Source: a virus | Lineage: Duplodnaviria; Caudoviricetes | Reading direction: 5' to 3' (one strand) | IMG/VR virus record: IMGVR_UViG_3300033416_000003 | Location: 3,668 to 67,667 of that record | Length of the DNA: 64,000 nt | Shown: positions 34,201 through 42,606 of the stretch, one piece after another | How positions within the stretch are numbered: position 1 is the stretch's first letter | Layout: every line of letters begins with the position of its first letter | Made by a program: the position numbers and the translations under genes | Notes under the pieces: model-generated | Seen by the model: the letters and a program-made list of their open reading frames with translations, nothing else | Database searches by the model: none | What the model was told of the DNA's origin: nothing

Positions 34201-35975
34201 TCATTGGTCTCGTCCGTCTCCAGAGCGGGAATAAACTCCTCCAGCCCCTCGACCGGACGACGCAACCCCTGGTTGTATGCCAGACGAGCCTTACGAGCGG
34301 CCTCCGCGAGCTTGGCTTGCGCCTCCTCAGTAGTAAGCCCAGCCTCGTCCGGAAGGTTGTCCAGAATATCCTGCTCAATGCTCTGACGCTCCTCCGGCTT
34401 GGCAGCGGCCCATGCCTGACGCTGCTCATCTGAGAGCCACGGAGCTGCATCCTCTGCAGCTGCTACATGACTCTCATGCAACGTTGGACCGGCGCCTTCG
34501 GGGGCGATCATGCCACCGCGAGCATACCTCCAAGGACCAGCTCCAGCCGGCTGCTCCTTGGCAGCCACGGATTCTTGCACTAGCTTCTTGATCCCTTGCT
34601 CAACTTGGTACTGCTGAGCGCGCATGGGTACTTCGGCCACACCAGCAGCGGAACCACCGACCCATCCGAGCAGTCTAGCCATTAGCTGAACCTGTTTCTC
34701 ATTTGGAGTTTTCGCTCCCAACGCAAACAGATTCTTCATGGTCTGCATTCTCAAGTCAGGATCTTTTGCCCACTCTGGGATGCGCTCCTGAATAACTTCC
34801 TGCTGACCCTCAATTGCACTTTCCACGAATGACTTCACGGCTCCTGCGGTCAGGGCCTTAACCCATGGAAGCCTGGACATTGATTGCGACACCTGACGAA
34901 ACCCAGGTATTCTACCCAGTGGACTAAAAAGGAGCCCAACCTCGAGCGCGTTAGAAGGACCAAGAATTGCAACGTTCGCCCCCAGAACGTTTAGCATCTG
35001 CTTCCTGGCTTCAGCCTCGTCAGTTCCTTCCTCCCTGGCCCTGGTCAAGGCCGCTCCGGCTTCACCCAATGACTCAACGGCCGTCGCAACTGCACTACCG
35101 GCTTGCTTAGAACCAGTTGCAAGACCAGTCAAAAGACCAGGAACAATCATCGCCGCAGTAGGTCCGAACTGCTCTACAAAGGTAAGACCGGCATGAACCG
35201 GGTCTGATACAACGTCCTTCATGGAGCCCACGGGATGAGCGGGCTCCCACTCTCCCTTCTCGTTCTGTACAACCTCGGTAGACTTCCGACGCTCCGCAGA
35301 AGCTTGGAGGTCACGCCCTAGATCACGGAGCGCCCTGACGGGCTCGGGCTCTTGTTGGTATGCACCCCGTTCTTGCAACCCAGCGGCAACATCTCTAACA
35401 ACCTCTGGAACCACTGACTCGGGAAGCATTCCCAAACCAGATTCTAGAGCCTTGCCCATGAGTTGTTTCGGAAAAACTACGGCCTCTTCAGCCGCCGTTC
35501 TTGCGGCCTCTATAGTGTCTGCGACATTCTCTGCACCACCACCAACCATGTAAGTGAGCGCACGGTTGATAGGATTGGGGGCTCCAGGAATCCATGGGAT
35601 GGGGCTCTCGAAGCTGCGTCCGGAGGTCCATCCCTCCTCGGCTACAGTAATCGGCTTGGGGGGCTCAGGCTCCGGCCTGATGGGCTCCAGCGGCTGCGGA
35701 GCCTCTTCCCGGGTCTGCTCCTTGGCAGCTTCCACGTAGTCAGTGACCCACGGGACATACTCCGCGAAGGCGTTCTTAGTCTCGTCTACCTGCTGCTGGG
35801 CCTGATATGACGGGCCGATGAAGTGATCAGCGTAGTAAGCCCTCTGATCATCGTCCATACCGTATTCCACGGCAGCCTGCTCAAAGTATTGCTGCCGCAG
35901 ATAAGCCCACTCCGAAGGAGTGAGACTGGGGTTCTCAGCCCTGATGCGGGCTTCGACTACAGACCAGGGTTCCAT
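28233..35975 (-). CDS. large polyvalent internal virion (ejection) protein, 2580 aa
   Basis: Two HExxH sites (AHELMH, SHEIQH), LPD23-like ATGWWHEPDGWKFEVDDS, ART-like GFHGT...GFFFS...LSNPL, LPD38-like C-terminus (GYN..FNPLG..NRNTFGTKI). Confidence 0.8.
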   Translation of the reverse strand: MEPWSVVEARIRAENPSLTPSEWAYLRQQYFEQAAVEYGMDDDQRAYYADHFIGPSYQAQQQVDETKNAFAEYVPWVTDYVEAAKEQTREEAPQPLEPIRPEPEPPKPITVAEEGWTSGRSFESPIPWIPGAPNPINRALTYMVGGGAENVADTIEAARTAAEEAVVFPKQLMGKALESGLGMLPESVVPEVVRDVAAGLQERGAYQQEPEPVRALRDLGRDLQASAERRKSTEVVQNEKGEWEPAHPVGSMKDVVSDPVHAGLTFVEQFGPTAAMIVPGLLTGLATGSKQAGSAVATAVESLGEAGAALTRAREEGTDEAEARKQMLNVLGANVAILGPSNALEVGLLFSPLGRIPGFRQVSQSMSRLPWVKALTAGAVKSFVESAIEGQQEVIQERIPEWAKDPDLRMQTMKNLFALGAKTPNEKQVQLMARLLGWVGGSAAGVAEVPMRAQQYQVEQGIKKLVQESVAAKEQPAGAGPWRYARGGMIAPEGAGPTLHESHVAAAEDAAPWLSDEQRQAWAAAKPEERQSIEQDILDNLPDEAGLTTEEAQAKLAEAARKARLAYNQGLRRPVEGLEEFIPALETDETNEGTALRGYLKAVDDKIAEVGRSTRLTPEQKAAEISKLQEQRSRVHHVQPINPVDRAVAAWAPSIGRKVVFVDSPLSALGSASRMSGVVVLQRGLPLRENVKQIFAHELMHDMPLELKTPLIQEIQRLLPQQWAKQEQWNRDTYASEYPDTPLDPATLEDETFSRIAQIHGEDLLQAVGEHLGDVEAQKRPIIRRIYEWIHDKFGDLVNGLGLRRPGGDRYSDVRQAREILSRGIERLAEFPAETATGAENEARPAISEETIRRTQPAERAKTMAKIKTMNWPNAPQTFDELVALAQQQSELDMIEIDNGNTGPHSPDIQRFGVDRLANYLAYPERLLSAITRRAKRGVTTPGEVTAKVASTSQEAKDRGSRPAFAGQRALGADASAAIRMEQEGRTREEIRSATGWWHEPDGWKFEVDDSKMRITLPPLRNYADLRKYFNENVTQLGDILDHPQLFAAYPRLAQVPVKLASLETKASTFSNGRINLSPWSFGSEQLPRSISHEIQHAIQRAEGFERGTMPAHARTSNRAVYMTELENIAQETGDIFDADSKAAFRAYLLQPGEVEARAVEHRLRMTPEERAATAPWETREGLVEAGKRGEARFALSDAEARFRNDTSVTGRRGMTFVRAIRAAQKSGDVKRVDALWKKLGQTMATTAKPKTMFALASSVGAPTGEEAKAKSAWERLGVRSPYFRKWSRRAPVLREWGPEFVNLGTVNERHIAEVNEVLGRYKSELDPIYNKIRDELTKIRTRQSNEVKKLQDELDASGTTGYQRFSALEPIWIRHEQELIDIGKIHDSILNPIIERQKAELTPIYSRHKSEIQSLIKPSKKVGVKTGTPVVVEGFHGTGNFEGVDFNPSLLGSTTGAPSAENGFFFSARIETAKTYSDFASGVEQVKGTVLRCLIRLSNPLVYDFSGETYREESYYDIIKRAKKLGHDGVVFLNTFDSASQEEILDHVVVAFEPEQIVIESLPSVPRVEPDTAAEIPTIPGTEPRPALRDSTGQVYGQYGQIQAGTWRIIRDWMQRKGWNQYGNFKPLQRDIAGLDVPTQLDLALALGNMTQRLADRIRHIDLQERRILKEEERLARSERKPQKEVHDALEELLVAAHAQEYNDHIFQAGWQRRMDLLASKRKRLDAKIKKQESLRNAATEDEHIEDYERKLYFLGVESQKLDQDIAEHVADRSSWDPEGETPGTGKGRTNSWAVAKIAELERAGWITVTRPSSDMRTWTYGGKLGPMAKIAWNIGEYRLGMMSESGMMESTDVDRLRKAYTHYVTFQGEEEIVPKTARQKIIGWMQEEGAVKGGSGIGVEVRGRLTRAGTGRFTPPSNVLAHMVNDTCGIASKVEKLNALKPLLELVTSFPDAKTSDGKVLWEIIKPPRRPYYDEESGMIKYRTDPQIERAPDVIAVWDKGTKYLVRFNHPAAMSVLKNLGPSYTPAFLRAVGVLTRVYSSFLTARNPEFIFPNLLADLQTAGLNVTAQDLKWPRIKILKMLPQIYKAVYRIRRAEGRGEEVTAQNDTERYYLEARKHGGMISFLGLESIEDQVEKLAKAMREQSVGSKIWAKSMIPFTWFEDVTAMTEAGPRLGLYVILRQAGVDEVHAAEASRRITVDFSQRGEWARYFAPLYLFANAGIQGNAIMLRNIAKSHKLKGLVSGIAVFGYMYSNYLRHRMGRDDDEGNDKVDNIPTSVWERSIPFNISEDKLFRLRLAWGYNLPFYLGHLAEQYVNGNKGAEEAALDFASAFAAAFNPLGQVDMSGDTVKGIIQLLTPWPARLPLDIAFNRNTFGTKIKPEPFTKETVPDHEMYWAKTPSAYKNIAEWVSELTNDRNLPAGRLDWSPESIKYCFDFATPGLLQMASTGIPSIIKAIQGEPLAARDIPVMRRMMYDLPDWLVSDRFYGNLEMAQARAERWKELKDRDKTAGTNEADEYLKKYRRLLQLVADYEKSGGMKDRMRQMKQSKNEAGRIRLQKQWNRDFWIAQDADNQAYYRR

Positions 35976-37034
35976 TTACTCTTTTTCCAAAATACGTTTT
36001 GCGTATTTTTCTAGAGAATCAGTGTCCATCATCATCAAAAATGCGTAATCCTTAAACTCTGGATTTGGATCAAGATTCTTTGATTTCCTATATTCATTAA
36101 TCTTGTTTTGTAGATCTACAATCTCCCTAACTTTCTTTTCTTTACTAAGTCCCTCCCCAATTCTCTTAAGTCTCTCTATACCAGCATTTACATCTTCTTC
36201 TGTAGTAAATCGCGCCCTTCCGGTATAAGCATCATATGCGCTCTCGGTAGAATCTTGTGGCTGACCAGTCGCCTGATTAGCTGGACCAGTTGCGGTTACA
36301 GTTGAAGTCGGTATGTTCGGTGGGGCCTGACTAACCCCCATGGCGCTAGCGAACAGCGCGTTGAGCGTGGGATTTGCTCCCCGCTTCGGGGTTTGACCAG
36401 ACTGCAGATACTGGTACTTCATCGGACTGACCAAGTCATTTGCGGGAAGATTCCCCTGCCCAAAACGAGTATCGCTCTCAACCCCGGTGGTTCCAGGAGG
36501 AACCTCGGCGGTAATGACCTGATTCTGTCCTGGGCGCCCAGGACCCGACGGGGCAACCGGACCCGCCGCCGCCCCTCCCTGCATGGCCTGCATCATGCTC
36601 AAGAGCTGAGCCATGTCGGGCTGAGCCGCCTGCTGTGCGTTCATGGCCGCCTCGACGTCGTACGCAGGAGCCCGCTGCCCGCCAAGCTGCTCAACATCCG
36701 CCGGAGACAGCTCTCGAGACCCCTGCTCCACGAACGGATTCACGCCCTGAGGACCGCGGATCATTTCATACGTCGGGGAGGCTCCCTTATCCATGAGCTG
36801 CTTGGCTTCGTCAAGCGCCTTGCGCTCCTCGTACGTGCCCTCAGTGTCCATCCACGCAAATGGGTTTCCACCACCCTGCTGCTCAAGCACTGGCTGCCTC
36901 ACGGCCCTGGGCTGCTGTCCCTGGAGCATCTGCTGGAGAAGCCACAGGAGCATCATCTGTTGGTCCGATGACGCCCCCTGCCCCCCAGCGAGACTTCGCT
37001 GGAGGGTTCTATCCCGGTTTGACCTGCTAGGCAT
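35976..37034 (-). CDS. putative internal virion protein
   Basis: Q/G/P/M-rich low-complexity sequence; located between tail and giant protein genes. Confidence 0.55.
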   Translation of the reverse strand: MPSRSNRDRTLQRSLAGGQGASSDQQMMLLWLLQQMLQGQQPRAVRQPVLEQQGGGNPFAWMDTEGTYEERKALDEAKQLMDKGASPTYEMIRGPQGVNPFVEQGSRELSPADVEQLGGQRAPAYDVEAAMNAQQAAQPDMAQLLSMMQAMQGGAAAGPVAPSGPGRPGQNQVITAEVPPGTTGVESDTRFGQGNLPANDLVSPMKYQYLQSGQTPKRGANPTLNALFASAMGVSQAPPNIPTSTVTATGPANQATGQPQDSTESAYDAYTGRARFTTEEDVNAGIERLKRIGEGLSKEKKVREIVDLQNKINEYRKSKNLDPNPEFKDYAFLMMMDTDSLEKYAKRILEKE

Positions 37035-37035
37035 G

Positions 37036-38013
37036 TTACGCCCCCTGTCCATTCATCATGTAGTTACCGAAGAGCTGCATGAGCTGAGGGAGGACCTGAC
37101 TCCACTGCGACTGGTAATCTCTCCCAGACTCGAACTCCCAGTTGCCCCGAGTTCCCCACCCCGAGAGGCTACGATCAAGAGCCGACTGCTGAGCCTCCTG
37201 CTCGCGCTGAGCCTGATTTTCAGCTGCCGTACTCAGGGTATTCATAGTCAACTCGCCAAGATCGCTAGCTCCCTTACGAGCCGACTGCCCGAGCTTCTCT
37301 GCGTACCCACCACTAGTGAGTGGAACACCCATCTGACCGAGCCGCTGAGCCACACCAGACATGTTCCGGTTCAGCTCCTCCTGCAGCCTGGGCTTCGCAG
37401 CATTGATCACAGCCATGGGATTCACGCTAGACTTTGGGACTGATACTGATCCCGGGTCCCATGCGGCCGGAACGTTCCCTCCGCTTATAGAGGACTTCCC
37501 GCTTCCTGGTCCGTACTTACCAATGAGCTTGTCAAAGAATGACATCATGTCATTCAGGTCCATCTTCTTGCCGGATGATCCAGTAGCCCCCGCTCCCCCA
37601 GTAGCATCTCCAGTAAGTGATCCGTACTTAGCGGCAGAGGAAGCCGCGGCCTGATCCCTGAGGTCAGCAATTTGAGCCCTTACCTGAGAGATCTGACTCT
37701 GAAGCTCCTGCTTCTCCTGCTGCGCCCGCTGAGCCTCTCCCTGCCGTTCCTGAACCGTCATCCACGGCGTGTACTGCGGAGTTACCGTCTTCAGCCGACC
37801 CTCAAGCACCTGAAGCTCATCAACCAGGGCTTTGATGCGGGCCGTGTACCCCATGTAATCAACGGTCTTCCCCGACCTAGAGTACGGGTTGTCTGGGGAG
37901 ACGCCACTAGTAGAAATGTCCCATGACCTCGAAGGATATCCGTCCATAGAACCTCCCCAGTTAGGGTTCTGGTAACCCCCTCCAAATTGACCGTTGGTAC
38001 CGTAGAGTGGCAT
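37036..38013 (-). CDS. putative internal virion (DNA pilot-like) protein
   Basis: Gly/Ser/Gln-rich with coiled coils. Confidence 0.55.
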   Translation of the reverse strand: MPLYGTNGQFGGGYQNPNWGGSMDGYPSRSWDISTSGVSPDNPYSRSGKTVDYMGYTARIKALVDELQVLEGRLKTVTPQYTPWMTVQERQGEAQRAQQEKQELQSQISQVRAQIADLRDQAAASSAAKYGSLTGDATGGAGATGSSGKKMDLNDMMSFFDKLIGKYGPGSGKSSISGGNVPAAWDPGSVSVPKSSVNPMAVINAAKPRLQEELNRNMSGVAQRLGQMGVPLTSGGYAEKLGQSARKGASDLGELTMNTLSTAAENQAQREQEAQQSALDRSLSGWGTRGNWEFESGRDYQSQWSQVLPQLMQLFGNYMMNGQGA

Positions 38014-38616
38014 CTATCCACCCTGCTTGTATGTACGATTGAAGAGTGGATCTGGAGTGTTAGCGTATCTCAGTGGAGGATTAAGCTCAGTTGTCCATCC
38101 TGAATTATACCTTCCCTGAGTGCCACTGGTACCCATCTGCGGAGCCCCTGGCTTCTGAGACTTCTTGTACTCCTCTTCGCTCTTCTTGGACTGAAGCTCT
38201 TGGATCTTATAATCAAGATCGGCGATCTTCTGATTGATCACCTGGATCTGAGCCGTGTCGCGCGGGTCGTTCGACACCGCAGCTCGCTCCATGACAGAGT
38301 ACAGAGTGTTCTGAAGCTGCTCGATCTGACTCTGAATCTGAGCAATCTGGTAGTCAGCATTCTGACCGATCCCAACCAGATTCGACATCCCAGACGGACG
38401 CAGCGGAGCTTCAATCACAGGCGTGGGATTCGGAGCGCGTTGTCCACCACCGCCACCGGCTCCGGATGACTTCCCGTACGGCATGTTGCCAAACCCGAGA
38501 CCTCCGCCCATGAGGCCGCCACCGCCGCCACCACCTTCGTCCCGCTGATTCATCCTCTTGTTACCGCCCATCATTCCGAGCATCTGAGTAAGCATGTCCA
38601 GGTTGTTCATTGCCAT
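38014..38616 (-). CDS. putative internal virion protein
   Basis: Gly-rich N-terminus and a coiled coil. Confidence 0.55.
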   Translation of the reverse strand: MAMNNLDMLTQMLGMMGGNKRMNQRDEGGGGGGGLMGGGLGFGNMPYGKSSGAGGGGGQRAPNPTPVIEAPLRPSGMSNLVGIGQNADYQIAQIQSQIEQLQNTLYSVMERAAVSNDPRDTAQIQVINQKIADLDYKIQELQSKKSEEEYKKSQKPGAPQMGTSGTQGRYNSGWTTELNPPLRYANTPDPLFNRTYKQGG

Positions 38617-38619
38617 ATG

Positions 38620-41600
38620 CTAATCCTTTCTTTGCTCGGTTGATTCGAGCGGAGTGTACTCAATCATCATACCAGTTATCCTCACAGACGACGGAGAGTA
38701 GGTCTGATTCTGAGGAAGAATGCTCATACGGAACTTAACGATGTCGCCGCGATGACCCATGCCGTGAACCGTGCTTCCGTCTCCATCATCCATGCGCTCC
38801 GCAGGAACGTGAGTTCCGGTGGCTGTACCACTGGCGAGATACTGGTCTAGTGTCATCGTAGTAGCGGTTGGTATCGTCACCGCGCGATGTGCCATCGAAG
38901 ACGTTAGAATCAGGTCACCAACCTCCGTCTTCACAAGCGGCTCGGCATCCCAGTACACGTAGAGGTTGATGCCAGACACCAGGGCTGCCCCCAGGGTGAT
39001 TTCCTTCGTATCGGTGACCGTGTAATCCGTATCCTTGACCTGCAGCGTGTAGACTCCGGCATCCTCAAGAAAGACCCTTGCGTTAGCGGCTAGACCAGGG
39101 ATCGTAAAAACAGTGCTGGCATCATCCCCAGCCGCAACAAGGTTCGAGAACGCGGTCCCACTTCCGGTACAGGCCGCGTCGGTCACGGTAATGGTTCCGG
39201 CGGTAGAGCCAGGGCAGTACCAGTTGGTCTCGTCCTGAGTCTTCATCTGGATACCGATATGGGGACCGTACGTGAGCTGCTTGTTGCCGAGGGTTCTCTG
39301 AGTGTACTCACAGTACCCATACAGCTCGAGGGAATGAATCATCACCAGGCTGCCCTCATCGGTCAGGCGATCGTATCCGGTTTCCAGGATTGAACTCCAG
39401 CTGCTTGTTATCACTGAGGTTATGTGGTCAACGCCATGGATATGATCACCCTTTTGGAAGTAGGCGCTAACCAGGTGGTTGGTGTCAACATTCTTGTTGG
39501 CATCATACCCGATGTAAAGACGAGGATCGTTCCCGACCCTAGAAACGAACATCGAAAGAGGATACCGATTAGCTGCCGAGTCAACCCAACTCGGAGCGGC
39601 TATGTAGCATATACGCTGGTCGCTGGAAATAAGCCACAGCTTGTTATCTGTGCCGCTATTAGTGATCTTCATTACACACAAGCAGTTAAGTGCTGGGTAC
39701 CACGCCATCCATGTCGAGTATCCCTCGTTGATCTGCCAGTCGTCGAACTCGCCGAGGTCGAAGCTTCCAGACGGATCAACCTGCACCCCGTTAGTAGCCC
39801 ACAGGCGACCGTCGTGAGCGATCCAGAAGACCTGACTTCCGACCTGTACAGAGTTACTAATCGCCTGGACCCCATCACGAAGTCGGCGATATCCCCACGG
39901 GGCGTCGAGGTCACCGGTCTGCTCCAAAACGAAGATTCCTGAGGTATCCCAGCCCACGACGTTCGTACCGATGGTACGAAGCATGAGAACCTCGCCCACT
40001 CCTGGGAGGTCGAGCCATGATCCACCCTCACCGTCGAAGTCGTTCACGGTACCAGGGGAGGGCCAGCGGATGCGGCGTGGATAGTACACCCATGTACTGG
40101 TTGAGGTATTCCACTCGGTCATGCCACCCAGCATCAGGTAAGATCCTGCAACCGTAAACGCCTTCGATCTGAAGCTGGTAGAGAGTGGAGAGAAGGTTCC
40201 GAACTCGGTTCCGGATGGAGTTACCACGGTTCCGTAGTAAGCATACGCCCCACCAACAAGTACGGTTATTGTACTTAGATCAGAGGCTCCGGGAATTACA
40301 ATTTCAGATCCGTATAGAGATACGTCAGGACAACCTGAAATATCTATCGCCTCCCAAGTTGTTCCGTCGGACGACTTTATGACCACCTTATCACTACCGC
40401 TGTTATCTCCTGATACAACCCAGTAACTCCCAGAATACACGACATTCAAGAAATCGCACGACTCATATCCAGATGGAACAGACTTCTGAGTCCACGTAAC
40501 GCCAGAATCCCCAGAAAGTAGGATCATCCCTCCAGATCCTACGGCAACAGCATTTCCACTTCCGTCACCGCATACAGACTTCAGCTGAGCAGTAGTACCA
40601 GAAGTCCTTGTGGTCCAAGTTGCATCTTCTCCTGCTGGAGATGTGGCTATACCACCGTTCATACCAACTGCGATAAAGTTACTGGTTTCAAACACCATTG
40701 ATCTTGGTGAGAAGTATGGAAATCCAGTGACCTGAGTCCAATCACCGGTGATGTCATCACTGTAGTAGGAAACGTCATACCCACCAGCTACTACGAATCT
40801 TCCTGCCCCGTCCTCAGCAATAACACATCCTGTTGCATCATCAATTTCAGTTGCAGCGGTTACACTCCAAGTGGCTCCGGTTCCATCTGTATCCTTGTAT
40901 GTCAACCCAAGTGACATTGCAACGAATACACCAAGGCTAGATGAGTAACACATTGAAGATGGTCTAGATAACCCAGTAGACACAGTCCATACACTGCCAG
41001 TATCGCTAGCATACCAAACTGCTGACGACTCGGTACCACCTGCTACGATGAAACCATTTCCCCAACAGAACAAGTTATGACTTCCAAGATTTCCTTTCTG
41101 AACCCACGTCCCATAACTAGATCCCTGACTTACAGAGTTGGTGAACGGTCCTGACACATTAGCTTCTACTACCGGAGGCTCCGGTTTTTCGACATTGTAT
41201 ACTAGCTTGTCACCCCATTGCTGTACATTATGAGGCCACTTTGCATCGTTTCCGTACGGAACCTGGTAGATAGTGTATGCCACTCCAGCCAAGTCAGAGT
41301 AAGATTCTATCTCAAGCTCTAAGTTAGTGTCGTCCGTAACCGACTTCACCATGTAAACGCCAGCGTCACCAGTCATTACCAAGAGGCATCCTGGCCATAC
41401 GTTTCTTAGGAACGCGGTACCGGAGCCTACGATTGTGGCATCATCAAGAACCGCCGTAACAGTACCAGTGGTGTACGTTGAGTTCTTTACGGTCGCGGTT
41501 CCACCCGTGGTCTGAAACGCAAAGTGGCGAGAGAACCAGCACGTCTGTCCGTTCCTGGCCTCTACAATAGCGGACATGTACTCGTTAGAGTCGGTAGCGT

Positions 41601-41802
41601 ACAGCCCATCGGCACCAACGTTTACGCATGTCATCAGCCTATTCGTGTCGTATGTAAGATCGTCCCTTAGAGAAGGACATCCGTCAAGCCCCGGAACCAG
41701 GTTCTTCAGTGTCTCCACGTTGGGTAGACGAGTATCCTTGTCATGAGTAGACCTAGCCTGAGAGGCTCCAGCCAGGGACAGATACTTGCGGTTCTTAGGC
41801 AT
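38620..41802 (-). CDS. tail nozzle/stabilisation protein (P22 gp10 / T7 gp12-like) with extra beta-propeller
   Basis: PRRIRWPSPG..DF, repeated S.D.G.TW (BNR-like) motifs, C-terminal FRMSI...RITGMMIEY; position after the adaptor gene. Confidence 0.7.
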   Translation of the reverse strand: MPKNRKYLSLAGASQARSTHDKDTRLPNVETLKNLVPGLDGCPSLRDDLTYDTNRLMTCVNVGADGLYATDSNEYMSAIVEARNGQTCWFSRHFAFQTTGGTATVKNSTYTTGTVTAVLDDATIVGSGTAFLRNVWPGCLLVMTGDAGVYMVKSVTDDTNLELEIESYSDLAGVAYTIYQVPYGNDAKWPHNVQQWGDKLVYNVEKPEPPVVEANVSGPFTNSVSQGSSYGTWVQKGNLGSHNLFCWGNGFIVAGGTESSAVWYASDTGSVWTVSTGLSRPSSMCYSSSLGVFVAMSLGLTYKDTDGTGATWSVTAATEIDDATGCVIAEDGAGRFVVAGGYDVSYYSDDITGDWTQVTGFPYFSPRSMVFETSNFIAVGMNGGIATSPAGEDATWTTRTSGTTAQLKSVCGDGSGNAVAVGSGGMILLSGDSGVTWTQKSVPSGYESCDFLNVVYSGSYWVVSGDNSGSDKVVIKSSDGTTWEAIDISGCPDVSLYGSEIVIPGASDLSTITVLVGGAYAYYGTVVTPSGTEFGTFSPLSTSFRSKAFTVAGSYLMLGGMTEWNTSTSTWVYYPRRIRWPSPGTVNDFDGEGGSWLDLPGVGEVLMLRTIGTNVVGWDTSGIFVLEQTGDLDAPWGYRRLRDGVQAISNSVQVGSQVFWIAHDGRLWATNGVQVDPSGSFDLGEFDDWQINEGYSTWMAWYPALNCLCVMKITNSGTDNKLWLISSDQRICYIAAPSWVDSAANRYPLSMFVSRVGNDPRLYIGYDANKNVDTNHLVSAYFQKGDHIHGVDHITSVITSSWSSILETGYDRLTDEGSLVMIHSLELYGYCEYTQRTLGNKQLTYGPHIGIQMKTQDETNWYCPGSTAGTITVTDAACTGSGTAFSNLVAAGDDASTVFTIPGLAANARVFLEDAGVYTLQVKDTDYTVTDTKEITLGAALVSGINLYVYWDAEPLVKTEVGDLILTSSMAHRAVTIPTATTMTLDQYLASGTATGTHVPAERMDDGDGSTVHGMGHRGDIVKFRMSILPQNQTYSPSSVRITGMMIEYTPLESTEQRKD

Positions 41803-42043
41803 CTTTAGATAGCTGGATTACAACCAGTGATCCCTTACAATGCGCGAATGTACCACCAACAGACTGTGCCTTAGCAGTAACAAGATCACCCGACGAAAGA
41901 TGAAACACCCCAACAGGATTTACAGACGATGCGTGCTTATCTCCAGATGGAATTACAGTCATAGAATCGTCTTCGGCGGCCCTGTCCTGTTTGAGGTCTG
42001 ACCCATTTACGCATATCTGCCCAACTAGTTGTAGAAATGCCAT
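41795..42043 (-). CDS. C-terminal half of a C1q/TNF-like domain
   Basis: QICVNG...VFHLSSGDLVTAKAQ; TAATG overlap with the upstream ORF. Confidence 0.55.
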   Translation of the reverse strand: MAFLQLVGQICVNGSDLKQDRAAEDDSMTVIPSGDKHASSVNPVGVFHLSSGDLVTAKAQSVGGTFAHCKGSLVVIQLSKDA

Positions 42044-42606
42044 TAGCTAAAAGGCTCCCATTCAGTAACATGTAGATACAAAACTATAAGGTATACACCA
42101 TCATCAGGAACCTCTATGCGATTATTAACTAGGTCAATCCATGATCCAGAATCAAAATCGGAGGTATCAAAGTCAACCGTAGCTAACGTACTTATATGCA
42201 CGTCAGCAGTAGTCATCTTTGCTCCGGGAAGTCCTGCGGTAGAAAACTCAAGACCATCCTCGGTAGTTCTTACGGTAACAGCAAGCCCGGCCTGACCATC
42301 GTAACTCTTGGGGGTGTCCGTAAGCTGAAGGAAGCTCAGGTTTATCCCATCAAGGTCTAGGTCCTCCGGATTAGTGAGTGTAAGCTCCTCGTCATTGTTG
42401 AGGGCGACCAGAGACCCGGGATTCTTCCCAGCAAAAGTGGACTCTACAACATCGGTTAGTCTCAGATACCGAACATCTCCCTTGAACGCAACCGAATTGA
42501 TGAACCTGCGCAGCATGTCCTGTACGGTTGGATCTTTAGAGAGCTGCTCCGGAAGCTGCTGAAACGCGTCCTTGTTCTGGACGTCGGCGGCCCACTTCCA
42601 ACTCAC
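42043..42606 (-). CDS. tail-associated protein ending in N-terminal half of a C1q-like domain
   Basis: FLQLTDTPKSYDGQAG fibre motif; VDFDTSDFD...NNRIEVPDDGVYLI. Confidence 0.65.
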   Translation of the reverse strand: MSWKWAADVQNKDAFQQLPEQLSKDPTVQDMLRRFINSVAFKGDVRYLRLTDVVESTFAGKNPGSLVALNNDEELTLTNPEDLDLDGINLSFLQLTDTPKSYDGQAGLAVTVRTTEDGLEFSTAGLPGAKMTTADVHISTLATVDFDTSDFDSGSWIDLVNNRIEVPDDGVYLIVLYLHVTEWEPFS

